Below are positions 35,324 through 46,980 of a stretch of DNA of 64,000 nucleotides, piece by piece. The position numbers and the translations under genes were made by a program. The notes under the pieces were generated by a model, which saw nothing but the letters and a program-made list of their open reading frames with translations, did not search any database and was not told the origin of the DNA. The stretch comes from Pristiophorus japonicus (lineage: Eukaryota), in NCBI RefSeq assembly GCF_044704955.1, contig NW_027254382.1:372001-436000 (forward strand). Direction: 5' to 3'. The first letter of the stretch is position 1. Every line of letters begins with the position of its first letter.

Positions 35324-37929
35324 GTAAGGAACATTCACTCATTCAGTAACTGTTGTATATGTGTCTTTATTTTATATTTCTGTTTATTTCAATAATTATT
35401 TCGTTCACTGAATCTTGTTTTTGATGGATTTTCCATGGAAATTTTTCCACGTAATTCTGCTACAACGTGATTATATAATTCAACAGTTTCTCCACAGAAC
35501 ATGTTGTTGATGTGATTTGGTGTTGATCTGGTGTCGAGACTGTCTGCCTGGGTTACTATAACTACCTAACGGTAGTTACACTGTCTGACGTTTCTGCAAT
35601 GTTTAATCTCGGTGACCTCTGATTGCTGCAGTTTTTCTGATCGAATGCAAACATTGTTTTTAAATATGTTTGAAAGAACATTGTAGGCACGAAACAGAAA
35701 GCTTAGAACTCGGTATATAATCTTAAGGAATGTAAAGGTTTTCTAAAAAATACATTGTATTCTACTGCGCGAATGTTCCCAAACGCTCAGATTCAATAGG
35801 TAATGTGTTACTGTAATTAAGAACTAAAACATTAATACATTTGCAGCTGGAACAGTTTTAAATTAATATTATTAACATTACTATAATGTAGTAATATCAC
35901 ACAGTATTATTAAAATATGCTATAATTTCAACGTTAATTTATTTAGCATGATTCGGCTAATAACAATTCTGCTGTCATTGTTTTTATATTTCTGTTGAAT
36001 TCAATCATTGGTTATTTCAGTGTTAGGCGGATTCAGTGATTCTGTAATGAGACTTTTTACAATGATACATTTGATTCTGCTGAAAGGGTTTATAGAATGA
36101 AGGGTCTGCTCCATGAAAAGTTCTGTGGAGGGATTCCGCCCCTCAGTGATGTGATTTAGTGTCGATCTGCTCAGGAGAGTTTGTTTCTCTGTTACTCAGA
36201 ATACCTACAATTTGTGAAACTGTTTGGCGTTTCTACAATGTTTAACGTTGGTGACAGCGGGCAGCAGCAGGTTTCTGATGCAATGCAAACACGATATATG
36301 TTTGAAACTGTTGGAAAGCAGATTGTAGGCAGAGATCAGGATGGTTTAGAAATCAGAAACCATTGATGGGTAGTTTAACATAACAATTATTGAAGTGACA
36401 ATTATGTATTCAAATATTAATCTATGTTTACATGCTGATATTTACAGTGTGAAATGAAACTGTAATTAACAGCTATATAATTAACTTGTTCAGGTTGTTG
36501 TTGCTTTAAATTAATATTAACCAAACGATTATAATGCGATAATATCTCTCAATATTATTAAAATATGTTATAATATCAATGTAAATTTACTTAATATTAT
36601 TCGACTTGCAAAATCCTGCTGTACACTGGGCTCCATTAACGGGAGCAGAAACATTTAGAGGCTGGATGCAGTTAGTAATTATGCGTACAATTATTTCACT
36701 GACAATATACTGATTCCATCGCTGGGTTCAGTTTGATTAGGATGTTAAATTACTTGCTACCTCCAGTTTACACAGATGAATAACAAGATGTATTAAATTA
36801 TAACTTAAAGCCGTGTTGTAAATTGCATTTTGTCAATTTAATTTATCTGCGGGGGTATGAAATCTTTACCGTGCAGACGAAATTTGTTATTCCTTCACAA
36901 GTTACCAGGCAGAAAAAGGCTTTAAAATTATTAACTAATTGTATTAGTAAGGCTGAAATTCAAGCACATTAAATTAATTTCAATAATTCCAGGTACATGT
37001 GCTTCTGAGGAGGAAAGGCCAGGCAGGCACTCAGATTATTTTCAATAATCAACTGACATGAACATAATTTAGAATGTAAAATCAGTGTTAATTTATTAAA
37101 CATAAACGATCTCTTGCATCCTGGTCCGTATTATAGTTATTACAAAACCTCAATGGTTGGAAAGAATGTTTAATTAATTCCTAAATTAATTTATAAATTA
37201 ATGCATTTATAACCCGGCTGTGCTCAGTTCGATAAGGTGCTGCTGCAGATTTTAGTGAATTAACTTCGTGTTTTGCCTCGAATATTTTTATAGGTTATAT
37301 TTACTGATGAAAATATATCAAATCAGTGGGTGGTCAGATTTCAACGTAGATGTTTCCTGGATTTTAGCATTCTTATTCTGTCACTGAGTCCCATGTGACG
37401 GGCAGCGAATTACCGTGGAAAGTGAATCATTTCCAGATACTTGTTTTCAGGGAAATTAATTTTTATGCAATTTACAAGATTGTCGACAGAGAGGGAGAAA
37501 TGGCTGGATGTTTCTCAAATTAATATCAGTTTAATTTCAAAGAATCTGCAGAGTTGAGGTGGTTGGAAATTGACAAGAAATATATTAGAAATCAAACAGC
37601 TTCATTGAAATTAATAGGTTGAACTGGTCTCTCTGCCTCGAGCACCGTTGTTGCAGCGTTTGTGTCTGTTCTGTTTCTGTGCGCCTGCACACTGTGCGAA
37701 TCAGGAGTCCTGCTCACTGGTTGTAAACTTTCTAGGTTGTGATCCTGCAATGCGGGGATTGTCATTTGACTCAGTTATTTAAGAAACTGAATATGTAAGA
37801 AACTTGAAAGATTGACTTTAAGGTTGAGGAGGCGCCTCAGAAATGAGATCAATAACCCAGATTGTGACATTAAGAAGGAGAAGTTCAGAAACACCACGGA
37901 GAGACTGTAGAAGCAGCTTTAATCGGGGT

Positions 37930-39110
37930 GCAACCTTACTGTACCTGTCCTAGGAGTGTTTGATGGGACAGTGCACAGGGAGCTTTACTTTGTATCTAAC
38001 CCGTGCTGTACCTGCCCTGGGATTGTTTGATGGGACAGTGTAGAGGGAGCTTTACGCTATATCTGACCCAAGCTGTACCTGCCCTGGGAGTGTTTGATGG
38101 GACAATGTAGAGGGAGCTTTACTCTGTATCTGACCATGCTGTAGCTGCCCTGGGTGGATTGATGGCACATTGTAGAAATAATTTTACTCGGAATTTAAAT
38201 CTTGCTATATTTGACACGGAGTGTATAATAGGGTAGTGTAGTTTAGTCTGAATTCAACCTTTGCTATACATGACTTCACAGCGAAACAGGTCAGTGAAGA
38301 GGGAGAGTTACTCTATCGTATCTATCCTGCATCTGATTTGAGTGATTTTCCAAATATATTGAAGGATCCTCAATCTGCATCCAACTAATAAGATATTAAA
38401 TCAGTAAAGATTAAACATTTTGAGTGCCAGATAATTATTGAATGAGGTTGATCTGATCCTAAGCTCACTTTCAGAACAAATACATTCAGGAAAGCAGCGC
38501 CTCGTCTGATCTGATGGGTGCTTCAATTTATTTTGACCATTTGGTACCTGCACTGGGACTTTTTGAGATGAGAGAGCTTTACTCTGTATCTAACCCATGC
38601 TGTACCTATTCTGGGAGAGTTTGATATGTCAGTGAAGAGGGAGCTTTGTTCTGCATCGAACCCGTCCTTTATCGTATCTGGCAGTGTTTGATGGGGCATT
38701 GGCGAGAGAGCTTTGATCAGTATTTAAACTCTTATTTACAAATACGTGAAGTTTAATTGGGACGTTCAATATAGATTGATCTTCTATTTAATCAGCGCTG
38801 TAGCTGAGCTGGTGCTTTAAAGGGACAGTGTATGGGAAGCTTTCCTTTGTATATAATTGTGCTTAATCTAACCGGTCAATTTGTTAACGCATTTTATGGG
38901 AAGACATTTGGTAGCACATCTCTGCCGTACTCTAGATGGGAATATTTGAGGGGACAGTATGGATAACGTATTAGTCTGTGTTCAACCCTTGCTATACCTG
39001 TCCTGACCCACGCAGCAGCGTAGCGGGAGCTTTGCTATATCTTATACGTGCTGTATCTGATCTGAGAGTCTAGGTTAGGCAGTGTTCAAGGAACCGTTAT
39101 CTGCATCTAA
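37930..39110 (+). repeat. 67-bp satellite arrays in the J-C intron (increasingly degenerate)
   Basis: GATGGGAC at 37962, 38029 and 38096; a second degenerate block starts at ~38570. Confidence 0.85.
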
Positions 39111-39809
39111 CAGATAACACATAAAGTGATCGAGCCACATATATTCACTAAATCGTCCCATTGTTCAGATTAAACAACGCACATTCATTGATTTACATTC
39201 TTTCTGGTCAAATAGCCAATTTTTAATGATATAGCAATGTTTGTACATTTTGAGCATCAGATTACTATTGAACACGATTGGCCTGATCCTCAGCTCACTT
39301 TCAGAACAAACCGTTTCAGGGCGTGAATAACGCTCGAGAAAGCAGCGCCTGTTCTGAGCTGTTGGCAGGCTACATGTTATTTCCACAATTAAAATGGAGA
39401 TTTTCGAGACTCCTGCTCCAAATAACCGTTATGGGGACCTTATGTTTAGACACATTATGTTGTGCAATTATTCCTGAGAAAGGGTAAAGGCAGGGACAAA
39501 CTATGACGAGTTGCAGCTATTGGCCTGGGTCACAACACAAGGAACACAATCACTGAGCTGCAATTCTGTGAAACATTTAAAGAGATAGAGTCAACCTGCA
39601 ATAAGTCATCATTCGCAATGAACTTTAAGCCTTTATAACAGCATGCGATTGACTAACTTGTATCAGACTTATAAGATCCTTTCATTTTAAATATCCTCTT
39701 TCATTTGTAACGAACAATAAAAATAGATCTGGTAGAGGTGTTGAAATATGAAGCTTTTCCGTCCATTAAATCTAGAAGAACTAATCTCACTCTCTCGTGT
39801 AGAATGATA

Positions 39810-40690
39810 GCATCTCACAGCATTGAAAAAGGCCATTCTGCCATTGTGCCTGTGCCGGCTCTGAAGGAGCTGTCCAATTTAGTCCAACACCGCAGGGTTT
39901 TCCTTGTAAACGTGCAAATGAGTCCTCCTGAAATATGTGATGAGCTGCCTGGTGCATTCCTGAAATTACCAACCCACTGATCTTTTGACAATTATTTTAA
40001 ACCTGTGACCTTTGGTTACCCACCTACTTTCCAGCGGAAGCAGTTTCTCCCTTCTTGCTCTATCAAAACCTGTCATAACGTTGAATATCTCTCTTAGGTC
40101 TCCTCTTAGCCTCTGCTCTAAGGAGATCATCCAAGCTTCTCCAATCTCTCCACATAACTGAAGACCCCATCCCTGGCATCATCCTGGTAAAAGCCTCCCC
40201 TCTACACGCCGCAAGAGCTTGACATCCTTCCTGCATTGTGGTGACAAAATTGTACGCAATAGTCCAGCTGAGGCCTAAGCCATGATTTATAAAGGTTTGT
40301 TATAACCGCCTTGTTTTTGTAGTCAATGTCCCTATTTACATAGTCAAATATCCCATACGGGTTAATAACAGCCTTACCAGCTTGCCCTGTCACCTTCAAA
40401 GATTGGTGAATATATATATCCAGATATTTATGTTTTTGTATCCCCTCAAAACAATACTATTTAGATGAAACTGCCTCGCCATGTTCCACCCAAAGTGCAC
40501 CGCTTATCCGCATTAAATTGCACCTGCCATGTCCCGGCCCATTTCACTCGTCTCTCTGATTCCTCTTCAAGTCTGTTACTACCATGCTCACTATTGGCTA
40601 CGTTGCCAGGTTTTGCTTCATCTTCGAACTTCGAGATGGAATCCCTATAACCAAGTCCACTTCATTGTTATATAACAAGAACAACAATGC
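39810..40690 (-). mobile_element. Old CR1 fragment
   Basis: ORF 40202..40399 (NLYKSWLRPQLDYCVQF). Confidence 0.75.
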
Positions 40691-40858
40691 GAATTGAAAT
40701 GGGACGTTTTAAGGGGAAACTTCCAGTTAACCGGATTTTGGAATGGTATTTAATTCGGATTATTTATTGAGTGGGAGGAAGGAGGAAACACAAGAGACGT
40801 CCATTCAATAGGATGGAATACAGCCCAGCTCAAAGTGCGCTGAGTAGGGAGAAACTGC

Positions 40859-41046
40859 TTCCGCTGTTTGGCGATGGACTACTCCCCTAAAATCACCAGC
40901 TTTTCCTGGAAGAAAGATAAAATCACCAGCCTTTACTGGAAGAAAGATAAAGAGCCGGTTAACCATCACCGAGTCAGAGGTGTGCAGCAGCACAATCTAC
41001 TGCGAGGTTTGACGTGGTGTGTCGGTCTGGGCCATCACAATGCCAG
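40859..41046 (+). pseudogene. IGHM: Cmu1 remnant
   Basis: CLAMDYSP.ITS.SWKKD.EP, then LTITESEV.SS.IYCEV*RG.SVW in a shifted frame; donor GTTAGT at 41047. The 5' part is missing, and there is a 30-bp duplication and an internal deletion. Confidence 0.88.
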
Positions 41047-41124
41047 GTTAGTGATGTGGAATACAGGGCAAACTGTGATAAGATGAGAAGATATGTTCAA
41101 CTTGTACAGACATTTGGTTAGCCG

Positions 41125-41535
41125 ACTCTTAGAGTGCTGTGTACAGTTCTGGTGTCTATATTACACTTAGAATGCTGTGTACAGTCCTGTTCTCCATATC
41201 ACACTTAGAGTACTGTGTATAGTTCTGGTCTCCCTATCGCACTTATAATACTGTGCACCGTTCTGGTCTCCCCTATCACAATTAAAATACTGTGTATAGT
41301 TCTGGTCTCCCTATCATACTTAGAATATTATGCACAGTTCTCGTTTCCATATCACATTTAGAATACTGTCCACAGTTCAGGTCTCCATATCATACTAAGA
41401 ATATTGTTTACAGTTCTGGTCTCCTAATCACTCTTGGAATACTGTGTAAAGTTCTGGTCTCCAGATCATACTAAGAATATTATGCACAGTTCCGGTTTGC
41501 AGATTACACTGAGAAGGCTGTGCACAGTTCTGCTC
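41125..41535 (+). repeat. 38-bp minisatellite derived from CR1 ORF2
   Basis: CTTAG at 41128, 41166 and 41204; the unit encodes HLEYCVQFWSP-like sequence. Confidence 0.88.
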
Positions 41536-41655
41536 TCTGTAAATGCCAGTTAAGTGTTAGTCTGACAGCGAAGAACTTGTTAAAATATAAGGACACTTTG
41601 CATTTTTTAATGATTGCTTTTGCAAGCAATGTCAATAATTTGTCTTCTCTTCAAG

Positions 41656-41973
41656 ATCCTGAACGCGACAGCATCCCTCCAACTGTTCTCCTCACGCTGA
41701 GATCTACTGAACAAATCACCAGCAGCAGATATGCAAGCGCCGTGTGTTCAATCATCCATTTCCGACCAAAATCAATGACCGTGAATTGGCTGGAGAGTGG
41801 ACAACTCCTGGATTCGGGCTCCGTCACCTCTCCCGTCTTTGAGGTGAACGGAAACTTCTCGGCGGCCAGTCGGCTGACAGTCCCCGACGGGCAATTGTTC
41901 ACCGGCTCGGTCGACACCTTGCAGGTCAGTCATGAAGGGGTCAAGCAAAGCCGTAACTTCACCAGATCTCCGG
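41656..41973 (+). pseudogene. IGHM: Cmu2 exon (open frame, second Cys lost)
   Basis: PTVLLT..EQITS.RYASAVCSII.F.PKS.TVNWL..VTSP..VNGNFSA.SRLTVP..DTLQVSH; TTCAAG acceptor and GTAAG donor. Confidence 0.93.
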
Positions 41974-42099
41974 GTAAGAGGCACAATCCCGGGAGGTTAC
42001 AGGCCATTCTGAGCGCTGATCTCAGTCAGGACTTTTATTGAAATTAGTAAAAAGCACTGAACTATTCCTAATTTCCAATCATACAGTTTGTGTATTCTT

Positions 42100-42530
42100 G
42101 TGATTACAAACTTGCCTTGAAACAGCGCCTTCAGCGACCTTAGTCTGAACCAAATCGCTTGCCAGCCAATGAATTAAGTTGTGAAATGTGGTCACAGTTG
42201 TAATGTACAACGTGCAGCAATCATTTAGTGCACAGCAATCTCCCACAAACAGCAGTGTGATAATGACCAGATTACGTTTTGCTTAGTGGTGTTTTTTGAG
42301 CTATAAATATTCCCAGACCACTAAGGAAAAGTCCTCGGCTTTTCATTGAAATAGTTCCAGGGAATCATTTACGTCCACCTAAGAGGCCAGACGGATCCTC
42401 GCTTTAACACGTGATCCGAAAGACGGCACCTCCGACAGTGCACCATGCCCCCAGTACTGCACTGGGAATCTCAGCTTACATTTTGTGATCAAGTATCTGG
42501 AGTGGGACTTCAACCCACGATCTTCTGGTT
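42100..42530 (-). mobile_element. Deu-type SINE
   Basis: Reverse complement of the SINE body (ccgaaagacggcacctccgacagtgca). Confidence 0.75.
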
Positions 42531-42739
42531 CAGGATTCCTCATTGTTCAGGATTTAATAAACTCGCTAACGAAGCTTTCCCCCTGCTCTGATTTCAGGAA
42601 GTGAGTGACGTGCCCTTATTCTCAGGTTTATCCTGAGTTGGCTGATCATATACGGAGCGGCAGTCGGAGTCTGGAACCCTTTACTGCTAACTGTCCAGGA
42701 ACCCACTGTTGGAATGGGCATCTACCCTATTCAGAGCGC

Positions 42740-43240
42740 TGAGTCCAATTCTGGGCTCCGCACCTCAGGAAGGACATACTGGTCATGGAGGCGGTAATGT
42801 GCAGGTGTATCCGAATGATACCGGGGCTAATAAAATTAAATTATGAGGAGACGAGTAGAGAATATTAAGAGGTGATACAATTGAGGTGTTCAAGTAGATA
42901 AATACAATTGATCAAGTAGATGTTGAACAATTATTTCCTTTGATGGAAAAGTTCAGGACAAATAGCAGAATCTTAAAATTAGAGCTGGATCATGCAGAAG
43001 TGATGTCAGGAAGGATTTCTTCACAGGAAGTCTGGATTTCCCTCTCCAAAAGCTGCTGAAGCTTGGTTTCAATTGAAAAGTTGAAAACTGAGATTGATAG
43101 ATTTTTGTTAGGCAAGATTATCAAGGGTAACAGAAGCAAGGCGTGAAGATGGCGTTGAGTGTAGATCAGCCCTGATCTAACTGGATTGCGGGACAGGATG
43201 GATGGGCTGAATGGCCTCATCCTGTTCCTATGTTGCTATT
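42740..43240 (+). mobile_element. CR1 3' fragment
   Basis: Degenerate ORF2 C-terminus and a 3' UTR ending in ttcctatgtt. Confidence 0.7.
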
Positions 43241-43942
43241 AATGCCCTGAGGTCATATTTAACTCTGACTCTCTCTCACCAGACATGATAAATGTTCAAT
43301 AATGACAGAAATTAACAAACTACCTCACATCATTACAAATGATGCCCCACGACAAAAGACCCCTTGGAACTTCATTCTCCTGACCTTGCACTTCTCCTCT
43401 GACGGGGGCTGTGACTGGTTCCTGCACATTTTCACCGCAATAAAGATCACAGCAAGTGACCAGAAACTTAACTTTGTTTCCTGTTGTCCCATAAATCCTG
43501 AAATTAATTTGACACTTGTTTTGAACCAGAGTAATGCTGGTGTAGACCTCTTGACCTTCGGGCTATTTGGGCTTCACTATTATAACCAGCGGAGATGCCT
43601 TTGGATGCAAGGATCTATAGATGAGTATAAAGGAGCAAGGGATTTCAGGAACAGCGCTATTCAGTGCCTAGCACAATTGCACCACATTGTATTCCCGTTT
43701 TACACCGGTTATTTGTTTCACAGCCCATTCCAGGTGGCTCTGGCTGCAAATACACAGGAATTGGTACAGATCTCCCGGAATCGGTGCCAATTCATTGTCC
43801 TTCCAATAACGCCGGTGTTAAAGCAACAGCGAGAGGTTGATATCTCAAAAGTGATTTATCCCCCTTGAAAGAGTTAAGGCTAAATATTGGTGTCCTGATT
43901 TTGAAGCTGCAGCTTTTCCTGACTTTCATTCCTGTTTTGCAG

Positions 43943-44251
43943 TGGATGTCCCATGCAGTGATTCAAAAATCACTCTTCGCCCACAGTCACTGGCACAGGA
44001 CTTACTGGAGGCGACGGTGACCTTAACCTGCGTCGTGTCTGACGCTCCTTATGGGCTCACCGTGTCATGGACCTGAGAAAAGGAGGCTTTGAAATCAGAG
44101 ATTGCCGTCCAACACGGAGAGGATCCCACCAGCGTGATCAGCAACTTAGACATCTCGACACAAGACTGGCTGAGTGGGGATAAGTTCTACTGCGTGGTGA
44201 GCCATCAGGATATGCCGACTCCTCTCAGAGATTCCATCCACAAGGCAAAGG
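43943..44251 (+). pseudogene. IGHM: Cmu3 exon (in-frame stop)
   Basis: [55 protein letters not shown]; TGA at 44074-44076; TTGCAG acceptor and GTGAG donor. Confidence 0.95.
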
Positions 44252-45147
44252 GTGAGCGGGGAGATTGTTGCAATAAGTGAGATACTGTGACTATTTACGG
44301 TGCCTGTGCAAGGGCCAATTCATTATATAAAGTGTTTAATGGACTAGTCTGATCATTCAGTTTGGTAATCCCACTCTTGGACCTGAGGTTATGTATTTTA
44401 GGGGAAACTGGATAAGTCCATGAGCGAGAATGGAATACAAGGGTATGTTATTTGGGTTAGATGAACTGAGTCAGGTGGATGCTTGTATGGAGCATAAACA
44501 TAGGCATAGACCGGTTGGCCAAATCGCCTTGATCTGTGCAGTAAATTCAAGTCCAACCCTTAAAGATTTCAGAGAGAAAGATTATGTTCACTCTGCTGCG
44601 GGATGGTAAACCAGAGAGGTCACAGAGGGGAAATAATAAACCGTTAAATGTCAACGAAGAGCACATTTCTCTGACGTGTAACTACGGGACATTGGCGAAT
44701 TTAAACGGAGAAGGCGAGTTGGTGGTGGTCGTCTCAAAGGCCACCCGGGAGAAGAGGAGGATTGGAAGCCTAGTGAGGAGCTCTCGGAACGCGGGGGGTG
44801 GGTTAGGCAGGGACCCTGGATCCAGGAGGGAGGTGTAAGGGCAATAACCACCTGGGTGCAGCAGTCCCCGCATCGCTGTAACTGCTGGGATTTACATAGT
44901 GTGTCAAACCGGACCAGCTACAGTTAATCACCGAATGGAGGTTAAAATAGAGGATTCCAGCCTCCTATAAATATATTATTCAAATACAATATTACAACCA
45001 GGAGTGGTCGTGTTGATGTCGGGATTCCGATTTTTACCAATTTAATCACCCCCACACCCTCAACACGCCTGCTTTATTAGATTAAATCTCCCACCATTGT
45101 CTCTGGAACTGTCCAGTTCATTGGTCTTTATTGTAACTTTTCTATAG

Positions 45148-45539
45148 CGAAAGATCCACGGGAACCGGCCGTGTCTGTCCTCCTGCCCTCGGCAGAAGAA
45201 GTCTCTGCTCAGAGGTTGGTCAGCCTCACCTGTTTAGTGAGAGGTTTCTCCCCCCGAGAGTACTTCGTCAAATGGATCGACAAGGACAAACCGGTGGATT
45301 CCGACAACTGCAAGAATACCGAGGTGATGGCGGAGAATGGCAGCAGATCATTCTTTGTGTACAGCCTGCTATCCATTGCAGCCGAGGAGTGGGCCCGCGG
45401 CGCCTCTTACTCCTGTGTGGTGGGACATGAAGCGATCTCCTTGAAGATCACCAACAGAACCGTCAATAAATCCAGAGGTAAACTCAGTTTTGTGAATATT
45501 TCCGTTGTTCTGATGGACAACATGAACTCTTATCAATGA
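45148..45539 (+). pseudogene. IGHM: Cmu4 exon plus secretory tailpiece
   Basis: [51 protein letters not shown]; internal G/GTAAA donor at 45478; tail [20 protein letters not shown]. Confidence 0.96.
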
Positions 45540-45567
45540 GTATCTCTCGATTGCCTTTCAGTTCTTA

Positions 45568-45583
45568 AATAAAAAACAATAAA
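45568..45583 (+). terminator. Secreted-form polyadenylation signals
   Basis: AATAAA at 45568 and 45578, just after the tailpiece stop. Confidence 0.8.
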
Positions 45584-45974
45584 GGCCTTTTCTTCCAATC
45601 GTGAGTGACACACACAGCCGCTCAATTAATTTTGTTTCCTATTTTAGCCAAGGGGTGGGCTGTTAATCTGAAGCAGAATATTTGTCGGACTTGTGGCCAA
45701 AGCTGGTACATTCAGCGCGCTCAGCTCATATACACCACAGGTTGGAGACAAAGAGAAGCTCTTTAATGACAGGATACCTCAAAGTCATTTCAGAAACTTT
45801 CGTCCCACTGGGAGAATCTGCATAGTTGTTCTATTTCCCGATAAACAAATGCTGTACATTTATATCTCAGTGCCCTTGTTTCTCGTGTTGTCCATCCCTT
45901 CAGATTTGGGGCCAGTTTTATTTGGCAGCATCGCACACTGTGGGATCTGAAATGAGGTCCACACACGAACACGA

Positions 45975-46980
45975 ACTGTATCTCCCATCGCCTCACCAGA
46001 GAGAGGTGAAATGGCAATTGTTTTCCGCCTGTACCTCCCGCTACGCCACCAGAGAGGTGAAAGGGCAATTTTGAACCAACTGTACCTCCCACTGCACCAC
46101 CAGAGAGAGATGAAAGGGCAATTATTCACCCACTGTAACCCCATTGCCCTATCAAAGAGTGGTGAAATGGCAATTCTGACCCAAACGTACTTCCCAGTGC
46201 CCCACCAGAGTGAGGGAAAATGGCAATTGTTAATCCACTGTAACCTCACTCCGTCTCTGATAGATTCTACAAGTTCCCTGGCAGGACAGACGCGCCAACA
46301 TTAGCGTCCTCGTCCAGGCCAATATCCCAGCATCAAAGCACTGACCACACTTGATCAGCTGCTCTGGACAGGCCACATTGTCTGCATGCCAGACACGAGA
46401 CTCCCAAAGCAAGCGCTCTACTCGTAACTCGTCCATGGCAAATGAGCCAAAGGTGGGCAGGGGAAACGTTACAAGCGACCTCAAAGCCTCCCTGATAAAG
46501 TGCGACATCTCCACTGACACTTGAGAGTTCCTGGCCAAAGACCGCCCTAAATGGAGGAGGTACATCCTGGAGGGCGCTGAGCCCCTCGTGTCTCATCGCC
46601 GAGAGCAGTCAGACATCAAGCGCAGGCAGTGGAAGGAACGTGCGGCAAACCAGTAAAATCTTCCCCTTCCCTAAATCACGGTCTTTCTCACCTGTGACAG
46701 AGACTGTGCTTCCCTATTGGAATGTACAGCCACCTAAGAAATCATGCTAAGAGTGGAAGCAAGTCTTCCTTGATTGCGAGGGACTGCCTATGATAATGTA
46801 AACCCTCTCCCCCACCAGAGAGAAAGGGGAAAGGGCAATTGTTAACTTACTGTCCCGCCCATTACCACAGCATAGTGAGGGGAATCTGCAATTGTTAACC
46901 CAATGTATCCGACTTCCGCACAAGCGAGAGGGCAAAGGGCAATTGTTAACTCATTGCACCCCTCAATGCCACCAGAGCGA
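45975..46980. repeat. ~52-bp minisatellite interrupted by an RTE insertion
   Basis: The unit ctgtacctccc..ccaccagagag..gaaa.ggcaattgtt occurs at ~45976, 46029, 46080, 46133 and onward, and resumes after 46797. Confidence 0.8.
46255..46797 (+). mobile_element. RTE-clade (BovB-related) LINE 3' fragment
   Basis: Translates as WQDRR.NISVL.QANIPSI...QL.W.GHI..MPD.RLPKQ.LY, a typical RTE ORF C-terminus. Confidence 0.8.

Noticed and set aside
35551-35578. Resemblance to the I-CeuI/23S rRNA site and an 8-bp hairpin TAACTACC/GGTAGTTA
   Set aside because: The match is partial, there is no rRNA context and the hairpin is not kept in the duplicate at ~36190.
43302-43868. 188-aa ORF in the Cmu2-Cmu3 intron
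   Set aside because: It has no Ig-domain Cys/Trp pattern or other recognisable motif; likely chance.
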